A stretch of 64,000 nt of DNA from a virus: IMG/VR virus record IMGVR_UViG_3300042542_002916, positions 12,206 to 76,205 of that record; one strand, 5' to 3'. The position numbers were made by a program, and so were the translations under genes. Every line of letters starts with the position of its first letter. Position 1 is the stretch's first letter. Of the stretch, positions 8,702 through 18,304 are shown one piece after another. The notes under the pieces are model-generated. The model searched no databases, had not been told where the DNA came from, and saw nothing but the letters and a program-made list of their open reading frames with translations.

Positions 8702-10501
8702 GTGCCAATAACAGTGGACCTCGACAAAGAGAAATCCCACATATTGATTACCGCAGAATGGCGGTACAAGGAACTCTGTAAATCCTTGCCCGGCTCCTCT
8801 TGGAGTCAAGATGAGCAGGTATGGAGAGTCCCTCTTAGTTGGTCCAGTTGCCTTGCTTTACGCTCCACTTTTCGTGATGATTTGACTATTGGCCCAGAGC
8901 TTACAGACTGGGCCAGTAACGAATTAAACACCCGTATAAGCCCCTCAATGGCCCTCAGAGAGCTTGAAACAGCCGAGGGGGACGAAGACCTATTCCCACA
9001 TCAAAGAGCTGGCGTAGCCTTCCTAGCGACTGCTAAACGAGCCCTTTTGGCAGATGAGCCGGGTCTTGGTAAGACCGCTCAGGCTATCCGTGCCCTCAAG
9101 AAATTACAGGAGAATGGTGAGGAAGTCTTTCCTGCACTTATTGTCTGTCCTAATACCCTCAAGAAGAACTGGGCTCGTGAATTCAAGACTTGGTGGCCTG
9201 AAGTTACTACTCAGGTAATTAAGGGGACTTCTGCCCAGCGTAAGAAACAATTTGAATCAAACGCAGATGTCTACATCATCAACTGGGAGTCCTTGCGTAC
9301 ACATTCACGACTTGCCCCATACGGATCAGTTGCCTTAACACGCTGCTCCACATGCGGTGGTCACGATGAAGCAATAAGTGAAAACCGTTGTGAGGTTCAC
9401 CTTCGTGAACTAAACAAGATTGATTTTAAAGCTGTTGTTGCAGACGAAATCCACCGCTCTAAGGAACCTAAGTCAAAGCAGACTCGTGCTCTTTGGTCAG
9501 CAACTGGAGACGCTCAGATTCGTTTTGCTCTTACTGGAACACCAATTGCAAATAACGTTGTTGACTTGTGGGCGATTCTTCACTGGCTATCCCCTAAAGA
9601 CTGGCCTTCAAAGACAAAGTGGATTGACCGAATGATTGACACGATGCTTAATGCATTTGGTGGGATGCTTGTAATTGGGGTAAAGCCTCACATGCAGGAT
9701 GAGTTTTATAAAGCAATTAATCCGCATATGCGCCGTATGCTTAAGTCCGTTGTGCTTCCATGGCTTCCAGAAATTATTAACGAACGCCGTGATGTTGAGA
9801 TGTCGACTAAGCAAAAGAAAGCTTACGAGCAGATGCGTGACACCATGATTGCAGAGCTTGAATCTGGTGATGCACTTACTGCCCCAAGTATCTTGACTCA
9901 AACAACACGACTTGTTCAGTTTGCTAGTTCTTACGCAACTATGGAAGTAAACGAAACAACAGGGGAGATGAAAGCAAGATTGTCAGACCCCTCCTGTAAA
10001 GTCGATGCTCTGATGGATGATATTTCTCATGGTGACTTTGGTGATGATTCAGTAGCGGTATGTGCTGTATCTCGTCAGTTGATTGAACTTCTTAGCGCCG
10101 CTATGACCAAGGCAAAGATTGACCACGGTCTTATTACTGGTGCTCAAGATGAAGATGAACGACAGAAAGCTATTGATGATTTCCAGTCTGGGAAGATTAA
10201 ATGGATTCTATTTACAGCACAGGCTGGCGGTGTGGGTGTGACCTTGACTGCTGCCCGTAGGCTGATTATGCTTCAGAGGCCGTGGTCATTAGTTGACCAT
10301 AAGCAAGCTTTGGATCGCGTTCATAGAATTGGTTCCGAAATTCACGATTCAGTGATTATCACTGATTACGTTACTGAAGGAACTATTGAAGAACGTGTAT
10401 TGCAAGTGCTAGAAACAAAAGCAGATAACTTTGAGCAAATTGTCCGTGACAAAGACCAACTACTCAGGGTTCTAAAAGACGATAAGGCAGGAGTCCTATG
10501 A
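8702..10501 (+). CDS. SNF2-family helicase
   Basis: LLADEPGLGKT, VVADEIH, ALTGTPIAN, AGGVGVTLT, QALDRVHRIG. Confidence 0.95.
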   Translation: MPITVDLDKEKSHILITAEWRYKELCKSLPGSSWSQDEQVWRVPLSWSSCLALRSTFRDDLTIGPELTDWASNELNTRISPSMALRELETAEGDEDLFPHQRAGVAFLATAKRALLADEPGLGKTAQAIRALKKLQENGEEVFPALIVCPNTLKKNWAREFKTWWPEVTTQVIKGTSAQRKKQFESNADVYIINWESLRTHSRLAPYGSVALTRCSTCGGHDEAISENRCEVHLRELNKIDFKAVVADEIHRSKEPKSKQTRALWSATGDAQIRFALTGTPIANNVVDLWAILHWLSPKDWPSKTKWIDRMIDTMLNAFGGMLVIGVKPHMQDEFYKAINPHMRRMLKSVVLPWLPEIINERRDVEMSTKQKKAYEQMRDTMIAELESGDALTAPSILTQTTRLVQFASSYATMEVNETTGEMKARLSDPSCKVDALMDDISHGDFGDDSVAVCAVSRQLIELLSAAMTKAKIDHGLITGAQDEDERQKAIDDFQSGKIKWILFTAQAGGVGVTLTAARRLIMLQRPWSLVDHKQALDRVHRIGSEIHDSVIITDYVTEGTIEERVLQVLETKADNFEQIVRDKDQLLRVLKDDKAGVL

Positions 10502-11427
10502 GTGAAGTAGTTAGACTTTCAAACTCTGAAATTCAAACATTTAAAGATTGTCGCCGTCGTTGGTGGTTTAGTTACTACCGACGCTTGCAACCAAAGTACA
10601 AAGACTCTACTGGTGCTCTTGCATTAGGAACTCGTATCCACGCAGCACTTGACGATTATTATGCAAATGGAACTAACCTTCTGACTGCACACAATAATCT
10701 TGTCAACACCGAGAAAGCTGTTTTGCTTGAGAAGTTTCTTGATGTATCTGAACTTGAAAAAGAAGCAGAGCTTGGTCACATCATGCTTGAGGGTTATCTT
10801 CAGTGGGTTGAAGAGAACGGAATTGACGCAGAGCTTGAGATGATTTCAACTGAAGAAATTATTACTGCACCGCTCTTCAATGGTGAGGTTGAACTTACTG
10901 GAAAGCTTGACATGCGTGTTCGTCGCAAAGGTGACGGTGTTCGTATGTTCCGCGATTTCAAAACTGTAGGTGGGTCTCTTGGAGACTTTGCAAATCTTGC
11001 ACCTATGAATGAACAGATTCTTACCTACATGCTTCTTGAAGCAACAAAGGTGGATGAGACGGAGCGCTCAGACGGAGGTATCTTCACAATGTTGAAGAAG
11101 GTTCGTCGTTCTGCAGCAGCACGACCACCTTTCTATGACCAGATAGAGGTCAGACACAATATCTTCACCTTGCGTTCCTTCTGGGATCGCATTCATGGGA
11201 CGATTACGGACTTGATGAGAGTTCGTACTGCCCTTGATAAGGGGGAGAGCCCTGCATTCCATGCGTATCCGAGCCCGTCTCGTGATTGCAAATGGAAATG
11301 CAAGTTTTACTCTGTATGCACTCTCGTCGATGATGGAAGTGCATCAGAGCAAGCAATAAGTGAAATGTATGAAGTCGCAGACCCATACGCATATTACGGA
11401 AACAACGAAACAAAAGGAAACGAGTGA
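10498..11427 (+). CDS. PD-(D/E)XK exonuclease (Cas4/RecB-like)
   Basis: LSNSEIQTFKDCRRRW, GTRIHAAL, GKLD...DFKT, Q..Y, and C-terminal CKWKCKFYSVC Fe-S cysteines. Confidence 0.88.
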   Translation: MSEVVRLSNSEIQTFKDCRRRWWFSYYRRLQPKYKDSTGALALGTRIHAALDDYYANGTNLLTAHNNLVNTEKAVLLEKFLDVSELEKEAELGHIMLEGYLQWVEENGIDAELEMISTEEIITAPLFNGEVELTGKLDMRVRRKGDGVRMFRDFKTVGGSLGDFANLAPMNEQILTYMLLEATKVDETERSDGGIFTMLKKVRRSAAARPPFYDQIEVRHNIFTLRSFWDRIHGTITDLMRVRTALDKGESPAFHAYPSPSRDCKWKCKFYSVCTLVDDGSASEQAISEMYEVADPYAYYGNNETKGNE

Positions 11428-11430
11428 CAC

Positions 11431-12234
11431 ATGAGTGAGATACAACGGTCATTGACCGTAATGGTTTACGGAGAATCAAAAGTAGGTAAATCTTCTTTTG
11501 CCGTAACCGCGCCATATCCACGTCTTATGCTTGACGTTGAAGGTGGGCACAGATTCCTACCTATCATCGTTAAGTACTGGGACCCATTGAGAGAAGAACC
11601 ACCTCTTGCAGATGGTACTTGGGACACCTGTGTTGTCACTGTCCGTGACTACGACACGGTTATCAAGACGTATCAGTGGTTGCAGTTAGGTAAGCACCAC
11701 TTCAAGAGCTTGATTATTGACTCTATTTCAGAGTTGCAAGTCAAGTGCATGGACAGCATTGCTGGAAACGAACAAATGAAGATGCAACAGTGGGGCGAAC
11801 TTCTTCGTCACATGGGTGGTCTACTTCGTGACCTTCGTGACCTTACGATGCACCCAACTAATCCACTTGAGGCTGTCGTATTAACAGCGATGTCTCGTGT
11901 GACGCAGGATGGAAAGCATCGTCCATACTTGCAAGGACAACTTGCAATTCAAGCACCATATTTTTACGACATTCTTGGTGCTCTAACAATTGAGCAGTTC
12001 CCTAACCCAGACCCTCTTCAACCTCCTTATAAAGTTCGTCGTATGTATGTCGAACGAACAAATGAGTATGAAGCAGGGGAGCGTGTGCAAGGAAGACTTG
12101 GCGCAATTGTAGAACAAGAAAAGCTTTCAATTGAGACAATGCTCAATGAGATTTTCGGTCCGAAACAAATAGTTTCGGCTGGGAAAACAACAACAACAAC
12201 AACAAACAAGAAAGAAACAGAGGTACCAGCGTGA
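11431..12234 (+). CDS. AAA_24 / Sak4-like recombination ATPase
   Basis: Walker A YGESKVGKS, LDVEGG, Walker B IIDSISE; lies between the exonuclease and the SSB. Confidence 0.85.
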   Translation: MSEIQRSLTVMVYGESKVGKSSFAVTAPYPRLMLDVEGGHRFLPIIVKYWDPLREEPPLADGTWDTCVVTVRDYDTVIKTYQWLQLGKHHFKSLIIDSISELQVKCMDSIAGNEQMKMQQWGELLRHMGGLLRDLRDLTMHPTNPLEAVVLTAMSRVTQDGKHRPYLQGQLAIQAPYFYDILGALTIEQFPNPDPLQPPYKVRRMYVERTNEYEAGERVQGRLGAIVEQEKLSIETMLNEIFGPKQIVSAGKTTTTTTNKKETEVPA

Positions 12235-12740
12235 GTTCGCTAAATTGGTCAGACCTTATTAAAGATGCGGGAGAGACCGCATCATACGAAGCCCTTCCAG
12301 ACGGAGATTACGATCTCGTTGTATTAGAAGGAACTGCAAAAGTAACACAGTCAGGTAAAACCATGTTTGCTCTTAAGGCGCAGGTTGAAACTGGTGCACA
12401 CGCTAAGCGTCTTGTTTGGGATAACCTCGTTGTTTCTCCAGACAATCCGACAGCACTCGGAATTTTCTTCCGCAAAATGCACTCGCTTGGTCTTAGCAAA
12501 GATTTCTTTGACCGTGCACCAAGCAACGCTCAGATTGAGCAGGCAATGGTTGGTCGTAAGTTTCGTGGTCAAATTGGTTCACGAACCTATAACGGCAACA
12601 AAAAGAATGAAATTAAGAATTACTACCCAGCAAGCGGAGCAACAACTGCTGCTCCACAAACGGCTGCAGCAGCACCAGCTCCTGCACCAGCTCCAGCGCC
12701 TGCGCCAGCCCCAGCAGCAGCACCTTCATCACCGTTCTAA
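12231..12740 (+). CDS. DUF669-type single-stranded DNA-binding protein
   Basis: ALPDGDY...SGKTM...RLVWDNL...NEIKNY; Ala/Pro linker; ends in PF. Confidence 0.8.
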   Translation: MSSLNWSDLIKDAGETASYEALPDGDYDLVVLEGTAKVTQSGKTMFALKAQVETGAHAKRLVWDNLVVSPDNPTALGIFFRKMHSLGLSKDFFDRAPSNAQIEQAMVGRKFRGQIGSRTYNGNKKNEIKNYYPASGATTAAPQTAAAAPAPAPAPAPAPAPAAAPSSPF

Positions 12741-12762
12741 TAAACGTTGTTGAGAAGTTTGG

Positions 12763-12796
12763 GAAACCGTCCAGTCGAAAGGCTGGGCGGTTTTCT
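12763..12796 (+). terminator. Rho-independent terminator after the recombination operon
   Basis: AAACCGTCCAGTC-GAAA-GGCTGGGCGGTTTT stem with GNRA loop, just after the SSB stop. Confidence 0.8.
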
Positions 12797-12827
12797 AATT
12801 AATAGAAAGTTTTAGGAAGGTAACACA

Positions 12828-13856
12828 ATGAAAGTACTTATAACTGGATGTACGGCGCAACAAGCGTCTAGTAAAACAGCATTAAGGACTCCAACATTTT
12901 CTACTCTTATTGCTCAAGCCTTAAAAGATGGTGGAGCTTCTGTAGTAATTGCAGAGCCATCTATCTACATGAATAAAGAGGCTTTACAAGAGTACGACAC
13001 AGTTTTAGTCGGGATAGCACCGCCGACAAGTCTCTCTGCTAACAAGATTTACCCAGCTTTTTCTGTTGCCTCAAAGGCAAGGAAGATTGGGAATCTTGCT
13101 CTTTTCTTAGACGCTCCAGAGCAGTACAAACTTCAATCATCGTTAAAGTCATGCTATTTAAACATGTCTGACTTGCAGAAAGAGTTTTACAGCAGAAGAA
13201 AAAGTTATTCTGATCTTGTAAAAAATGATGAGCTAAAACGCGAAGTCTATGGCTTTATTGAATTTCTATATAATGAAGAATGGCCTACAACTCTCTATCC
13301 ATCTTTTCCGTGGATGAGTCACGCTAAGGTCTCTCAGGCAATTCCAAATACAAACGCAAAGAACCTTGCCCCAATAAGTGTTGACGCATACCTGCTTAGG
13401 CAGCCTTATGTAGCCCCTGATTTCTCTATAACAAAAGAGTATTGGACATGCGATTCAATTAAATCAAGTTGGTCGCGCTCTATCTCTGGGACTCTTCGTT
13501 ACGAAGTTGTTCCAACTAGAACAAACCGTTGGGAAAGCCTTGAAGATACTCAGCAGAGGATTAGAAGGTCCATAGGAACCTTGGTATCTGTATACCGTTC
13601 TAACGAGCCTTGGTGGTCGCCAGCTCTTGCACAGAGCCTTGCAAACGGCGTTCCCGTTGTCACTGACTGGCGTCAAAGCTCTGCATTAGGTCTTGAGTGG
13701 ACTCATCTAGCAAGCACAGTTGAAACCCTGACGGATTCAGAAAGATTCAATCTTTCTGCTGCTCAAAAAGAATCATATCTAAAAGCGATACCTACATGGA
13801 AAGAAACAGTTGAAGATCTATTACAAACTATTTCTCTAAAAGAAGTATCCATCTAA
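12828..13856 (+). CDS. Glycosyltransferase-like protein (GT-B fold), possibly DNA-modifying
   Basis: N-terminal MKVLITG Rossmann strand; C-terminal WWSPALAQSLANGVPVVTDW resembles the GT-B E/Q-ALAxGxPVV donor-binding motif; sits in the replication region. Confidence 0.55.
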   Translation: MKVLITGCTAQQASSKTALRTPTFSTLIAQALKDGGASVVIAEPSIYMNKEALQEYDTVLVGIAPPTSLSANKIYPAFSVASKARKIGNLALFLDAPEQYKLQSSLKSCYLNMSDLQKEFYSRRKSYSDLVKNDELKREVYGFIEFLYNEEWPTTLYPSFPWMSHAKVSQAIPNTNAKNLAPISVDAYLLRQPYVAPDFSITKEYWTCDSIKSSWSRSISGTLRYEVVPTRTNRWESLEDTQQRIRRSIGTLVSVYRSNEPWWSPALAQSLANGVPVVTDWRQSSALGLEWTHLASTVETLTDSERFNLSAAQKESYLKAIPTWKETVEDLLQTISLKEVSI

Positions 13857-13908
13857 TCTTTACTAAACAACTAAAACACACTAGAATCTATATCGAAAGG
13901 AGTCTTTC

Positions 13909-14334
13909 ATGGGAGAGCTCGATATGAACTGGGTTAAGTCTCAGTTGCAAGCAGCAAAAGTCCGAAAGCCAGTAGGCGATGCAACACTCAAACTTGTTGA
14001 ACTGTTTGATTCTTTAGAGAATCTAACTCCAGAGTTCAAAAATACAACAATTGAGATGTTCTCAAAACTAGCTCTTGGTCATATTGTTATCAAAGAAAAC
14101 AAGAATGAAAGCTGGAGCCAAGTACGCCCTGGCGATATAAAAGTAGCAGAAGAGGTTCGTGTAAAGGCAGATGCTTTTGATGGCGAACTTGGGATGCTGC
14201 ATAACGGTCGTCGTGGTGTTGTAGTTGGTGTTCGTTACGGAGATGTCATTGTAAAGATGACTGACGGAAAAGAACCAGCTCTTGAAGGGGCTCACTATCC
14301 GCCTCAGAAACTTGAAAAACTAATCCTTACATGA
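13909..14334 (+). CDS. Hypothetical protein with SH3-like C-terminus
   Basis: AAGGAG RBS; VRVKADAF...HNGRRGVVVGVRYGDVIV. Confidence 0.65.
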   Translation: MGELDMNWVKSQLQAAKVRKPVGDATLKLVELFDSLENLTPEFKNTTIEMFSKLALGHIVIKENKNESWSQVRPGDIKVAEEVRVKADAFDGELGMLHNGRRGVVVGVRYGDVIVKMTDGKEPALEGAHYPPQKLEKLILT

Positions 14335-14582
14335 GAACAACAACTTTAAAATTTGTTGTTTTTGGAGATAGCTACGAAGAGTTATCTGAAGCTGCTGACG
14401 CAGCTATCTCCAAGTTTTTAGGTGCTCATAGTGAAGACGAAGAAGACGAAGAGTTTGAACCTGAACCACCGAGTCACTCTATTAACTATGAATTAATTGT
14501 CTCAGAGATTACTGAAATAACAAGTGAATATCAATATACAGCCGAAGTCATAGCGAGGATAAAAGATGTCAGACAACAATAA
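14331..14582 (+). CDS. Hypothetical acidic protein
   Basis: ATGA-coupled 83-aa ORF. Confidence 0.55.
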   Translation: MRTTTLKFVVFGDSYEELSEAADAAISKFLGAHSEDEEDEEFEPEPPSHSINYELIVSEITEITSEYQYTAEVIARIKDVRQQ

Positions 14583-14934
14583 CAAGACTGAAACATCAAA
14601 CCCAATTAACTCAACAAACGTAACTTATACAGTTAATACTGAAGAGACACCTACAAGAGTTGAAGCTCTTCGCGAGGCTGCTCGAATTATTAATGGAGAC
14701 CGTAATAAACAATATGGTGGTCCAGAAGAAAACTTTACTAACATTGCAAAAGTATGGTCAGTACTTTTTCAACGTGAGTTCACAACAGAAGATGTAGCTA
14801 TGGCAATGATTGGCGTTAAACTCGCTAGGTTTGTTGCTAACTCTGGATTCCAACCAGACACTTGGATTGATATTGCTGGCTATGCTGGCTGTGGTTATGA
14901 GGTTGCAAAGAAGCTATACAACGAGCCTAAGTAA
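14566..14934 (+). CDS. DUF6378-family protein (all-alpha nucleotide pyrophosphatase-like)
   Basis: EAARIINGDRNKQYGGPEENFTNIAKVWS...VAMAMIGVKLAR...DTWIDIAGYA. Confidence 0.8.
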   Translation: MSDNNNKTETSNPINSTNVTYTVNTEETPTRVEALREAARIINGDRNKQYGGPEENFTNIAKVWSVLFQREFTTEDVAMAMIGVKLARFVANSGFQPDTWIDIAGYAGCGYEVAKKLYNEPK

Positions 14935-14945
14935 AGGACCTATAT

Positions 14946-15227
14946 ATGACCTTAAAAGGCCCGTGGGATTTCACAGAACCAGCTTGTGCTCAAGTTGGAA
15001 CTACATTTTTTTATCTTAAAGATTTAGACGACCCAGACCAAGGTATGGAAGAAGGCAATTATTTAATTGCCAAAAAAATTTGTAACACTTGCATTCATAA
15101 AATTGAATGCGCTCGTTGGGGTATTGCTAATGAGGCGCATGGGGTGTGGGGCGGTCTGACACCAAAAGAACGTCGCTCTCTTAAACGCGGGAGAAGCTCT
15201 CATCTTTTAGAACCCCTACTCCAGTAG
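14946..15227 (+). CDS. whiB: WhiB-family Fe-S transcription factor
   Basis: C...AKKICNTCIHKIEC...GVWGGLTPKERR. Confidence 0.92.
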   Translation: MTLKGPWDFTEPACAQVGTTFFYLKDLDDPDQGMEEGNYLIAKKICNTCIHKIECARWGIANEAHGVWGGLTPKERRSLKRGRSSHLLEPLLQ

Positions 15228-15243
15228 GGAGTAAACTAGGTAT

Positions 15244-15546
15244 ATGAGTGGTGAACAACTTCAAGCCCCTATGTCCCTCTGCGAGGTGTGCTGGTTAAAA
15301 GACCATGCCAGATGGGAACCAGAAAGTATGGACAGCAGTGGAGACATTCTTATGCGTCTAACTGGGGTCGATGTCCCAGTGAAGGTGAATACTGGAGCTG
15401 TAGAAGTCTGCACGAATTGCGGCAACATTACGGTGGCTGGCATCTTTGAGATGCAAGATCCAAAAGTTGTTTTCTTCACGACGGATAATCTTCCTACTAG
15501 CTCATTAACCTCCCTAAGAGAAAAAGAAGAGGAAGGTGAGATATGA
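15244..15546 (+). CDS. Hypothetical Zn-ribbon protein
   Basis: CEVC...CTNC; TAAACT lies 6 nt upstream of the ATG (leaderless). Confidence 0.65.
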   Translation: MSGEQLQAPMSLCEVCWLKDHARWEPESMDSSGDILMRLTGVDVPVKVNTGAVEVCTNCGNITVAGIFEMQDPKVVFFTTDNLPTSSLTSLREKEEEGEI

Positions 15547-15878
15547 AGGATGTAAGAATTGGTGAGTCTCTTTGGAATGAATGGAGCGGCTCTGGCTACT
15601 ACGAAGTCACCGAAACAGATCTTATTTATTTCACTGAAGACCATGTAGATATGGACAATGAGATAGTCCGTAGAGCTCTTGCTTCTACCCTACAAAGAGA
15701 CGGTATCTCAGACTCATTATCTGATGGGTTCAAACTTATTATTGATGGCTATGTTGAGTTTGGTTGGGCTGGCATCATAGAAGGTGAAAAAGAATGGACA
15801 GTCTGCGATGAGCATGGCGAAACAAATTACGGTGATTTTGTAGAAGATATAATCGCTGTTACTTGGATAGAAATTTAG
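15543..15878 (+). CDS. Hypothetical acidic protein
   Basis: ATGA-coupled 111-aa ORF. Confidence 0.6.
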   Translation: MKDVRIGESLWNEWSGSGYYEVTETDLIYFTEDHVDMDNEIVRRALASTLQRDGISDSLSDGFKLIIDGYVEFGWAGIIEGEKEWTVCDEHGETNYGDFVEDIIAVTWIEI

Positions 15879-15932
15879 TGTTTTAGTTCTATAGTTGATA
15901 ACTTTTTATTAAAAGTAGGTTAGTATAGTTAT

Positions 15933-16448
15933 GTGTGGAAACCAGCTACTACCCTCAATTGGCAGATAAATGCCCTATGCTCCGACCCTAAAAATAAATA
16001 TGCAAGGGATTGGTTCTTCTCAAAGGAGCCAAGAGAGCGTTATGACGCAAAGAACCTCTGCTACGGATGTCCTGTAAGAAGCCAATGTCTTCAATGGGCT
16101 TTAGAGCACCGTCAGATCTGGGGTATATGGGGCGGTAAAGACGAGGTAGAAATTCGTCGTGCACTCTCTGTCTCTTACAACGGTGAAGAAGCAAAGCGTA
16201 GAAGGTATCCGCATTGCCCTTACTGCAGTGCTCGTCCATCAAAACTAGAGACAAGTTCGCAAGAAGTCCCTGGTGGAGGACGATGGACAACAGCAAAGAT
16301 TGTTACATGCACCGTCTGTGAGTTCTCATGGAGAAGCCGCACCAGCGTAAATGCTGTTGAAGCGTATAAGTCAGAACGAGCAGATAAACAACTAAAGAAA
16401 CAAAAAGAAAAAGAAAAGAAGTCTAAGAAGCAGAAGTCTGCTTCATAA
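15933..16448 (+). CDS. whiB: WhiB-family transcription factor with C-terminal Zn ribbon and basic tail
   Basis: WQINALC...AKNLCYGCPVRSQC...GIWGG, then CPYC...CTVC and a Lys-rich tail. Confidence 0.9.
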   Translation: MWKPATTLNWQINALCSDPKNKYARDWFFSKEPRERYDAKNLCYGCPVRSQCLQWALEHRQIWGIWGGKDEVEIRRALSVSYNGEEAKRRRYPHCPYCSARPSKLETSSQEVPGGGRWTTAKIVTCTVCEFSWRSRTSVNAVEAYKSERADKQLKKQKEKEKKSKKQKSAS

Positions 16449-17499
16449 ACGCTTCTTCACAAAACTTTACGTTGTTCTGAAGTCTTTGATCTGTAGGATC
16501 AACAATGACTGCCTCTTTCGCATAAGCCAAAGCTTCTGAATATATCCCTAAGTTATAACATGCAATAGCTGCATAGTCATAAGGTGCTGCTCCCCAAGCC
16601 TCTGCTTCACAAAGATACTCTAAAGGCTTCTCTTTAATAGCAAGAGCTTCCTTTGCGCAATCATATGAGTTAACCCAGTCTTTTCTTTCGTAATACATTT
16701 TTGCCAAATCAACCCAAGGTTCTCTGCGACCTGGCGCTTGAGCAATTGCCTTACGCAACCAGTCTTCTGCTTCATCAGGTAAAGATTTTGCAATAAAGCG
16801 CATAGATGCCGCACGTTCTGGTGCCCAGTGGGCAGTTGGGAGTTCTAGGTGACGCTTAAGCTCTGCTGCTGCTTCAATGTATCTTCCGTAGAAGTAAAGC
16901 TCACGACCATAGTAAAAAGCGTTTCTGTCGTTATAAGGATCTTCTTTAACAGAAAGAGCAAGAAGAGGGAGATATTGCGAACGAGATTTTGTTGGGTCTG
17001 GGTGATGATGGGTTTCTAAACCTTCAACCCATTCTTGCTTCTCATCCATTCCATATGCATACAAACACTCATGCACTGGATGACGCCAACGGTATCCCTT
17101 GCGTGTATGGATGTGGTCGTAACTAAATTCTAAACCCGGGGTTCCATCTTCATTCCAAGACCAAATGTGCTTATAGCGAGGACGAGTAACTCCTTTTGCA
17201 TGCATTGGTTCAAGTAGCTCACGGTAGTTCTGAGTGATTACTTCATCCATATCAAGAGAAATGCAGTAGTCAATATCAAGAGGAAGAGCTGCCATAGCGG
17301 CATTACGAGCATCATCAAAACGCCAAGGAGACACTCGAACATCTACAACATTAATACCAAGCTCTCGGGCACGTTCTATAGTGCCATCAGTTGAGCCAGT
17401 ATCAGCAATTAAAAGATAGTCAGCGCCTTTGGCAGCTTCAAACCACTTATCAACAAACTGACGCTCATTAAGCGCAATGGTGTAGATAGCTATTTTCAT
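16423..17499 (-). CDS. Glycosyltransferase family 2 with C-terminal TPR repeats
   Basis: IALNE, DTGSTDGT, FDDARNAA, SLDMDE, W..PVHE; TPR-like helices in the C-terminal half. Confidence 0.92.
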   Translation of the reverse strand: MKIAIYTIALNERQFVDKWFEAAKGADYLLIADTGSTDGTIERARELGINVVDVRVSPWRFDDARNAAMAALPLDIDYCISLDMDEVITQNYRELLEPMHAKGVTRPRYKHIWSWNEDGTPGLEFSYDHIHTRKGYRWRHPVHECLYAYGMDEKQEWVEGLETHHHPDPTKSRSQYLPLLALSVKEDPYNDRNAFYYGRELYFYGRYIEAAAELKRHLELPTAHWAPERAASMRFIAKSLPDEAEDWLRKAIAQAPGRREPWVDLAKMYYERKDWVNSYDCAKEALAIKEKPLEYLCEAEAWGAAPYDYAAIACYNLGIYSEALAYAKEAVIVDPTDQRLQNNVKFCEEAFMKQTSAS

Positions 17500-17535
17500 T
17501 TTTCTCCTAGTTTCATTAGCAGTACGATTTTAAAT

Positions 17536-18279
17536 TTATTTGTATTCTTTTTTAGTCCAGTGAATTTTTTTATATAAACCACCTAAAGACCGTCTGGTGT
17601 CATAAGACTGTTGAATAACTTCTTGTTCTTCAGCCGAGCTTCCTTCTGAAGAACTCCATGCGTCTCTTTTATATGGAAAAAGCTGAGCTATAGGAGTACC
17701 AGCTTTTATTATCCCTTCAAAGTCATCATTTAAAAAGAAGGGAAGCAATCCAGCTGCGTAATATGAATCGCTATCTACTATGCCCGAAAGAGTGGTAAAG
17801 GGTAGGTCATATCTATTCATAGGATGCGTTAACAAAACGCTATAACCCTTTGGAACTTTTATAGCAAACTGTCCTACCCAAGCGTAGTGAGTATCACTGT
17901 GCCCAGCGGGTCTAGGTACAAGAGCACCTGATGACTGACTTCTAACAACTAAAGGATCTGGCTCAGAAAGCCAATTTAAATTTGTATTTCCATCGTATGT
18001 TTTAGTTACTTGTATGTCAGTCCAAAGTTCTATCATGTATCCAGAAGTAATAACTTCTAAAAAAGAGACGCAGTGTTTTAAACCTTGATTAGCTGAATAG
18101 TTAGATATGACTGGGCCATCAGAATCTACCCATCTTTCAGACTTTCTATACCAATCAGGAATATAGTTTGAAGCTGGCTTGGGTAGAGGAAGCTTCACTC
18201 TAGTTTTTTGATTCATATCTTTAATTAAAGAAGGGTCTGAACCAAAAGTTGCTTCTCTTATAAAAGTTATTTTTTTCAT
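17536..18279 (-). CDS. Conserved phage protein (DUF6065-like, dUTPase-like beta-clip fold)
   Basis: IPDWYRK, KHCVSFLEVITSGY, VPKGYSVLLTHPMNR..LPFTTLSGIVDSD, IIKAGTPIAQLFPYKR. Confidence 0.6.
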   Translation of the reverse strand: MKKITFIREATFGSDPSLIKDMNQKTRVKLPLPKPASNYIPDWYRKSERWVDSDGPVISNYSANQGLKHCVSFLEVITSGYMIELWTDIQVTKTYDGNTNLNWLSEPDPLVVRSQSSGALVPRPAGHSDTHYAWVGQFAIKVPKGYSVLLTHPMNRYDLPFTTLSGIVDSDSYYAAGLLPFFLNDDFEGIIKAGTPIAQLFPYKRDAWSSSEGSSAEEQEVIQQSYDTRRSLGGLYKKIHWTKKEYK

Positions 18280-18304
18280 GTCTTCACGTCTCTCTAATTA
18301 GTTT

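Noticed and set aside
12184-12207. (ACA)n microsatellite as a phase-variation tract
   Set aside because: A triplet unit keeps the frame; it only encodes a poly-Thr tail.
6324-14934. Z-genome (2-aminoadenine) system suggested by PolA plus a pyrophosphatase-like gene
   Set aside because: No purZ or datZ homologue is visible here, and an adenine methyltransferase is present.
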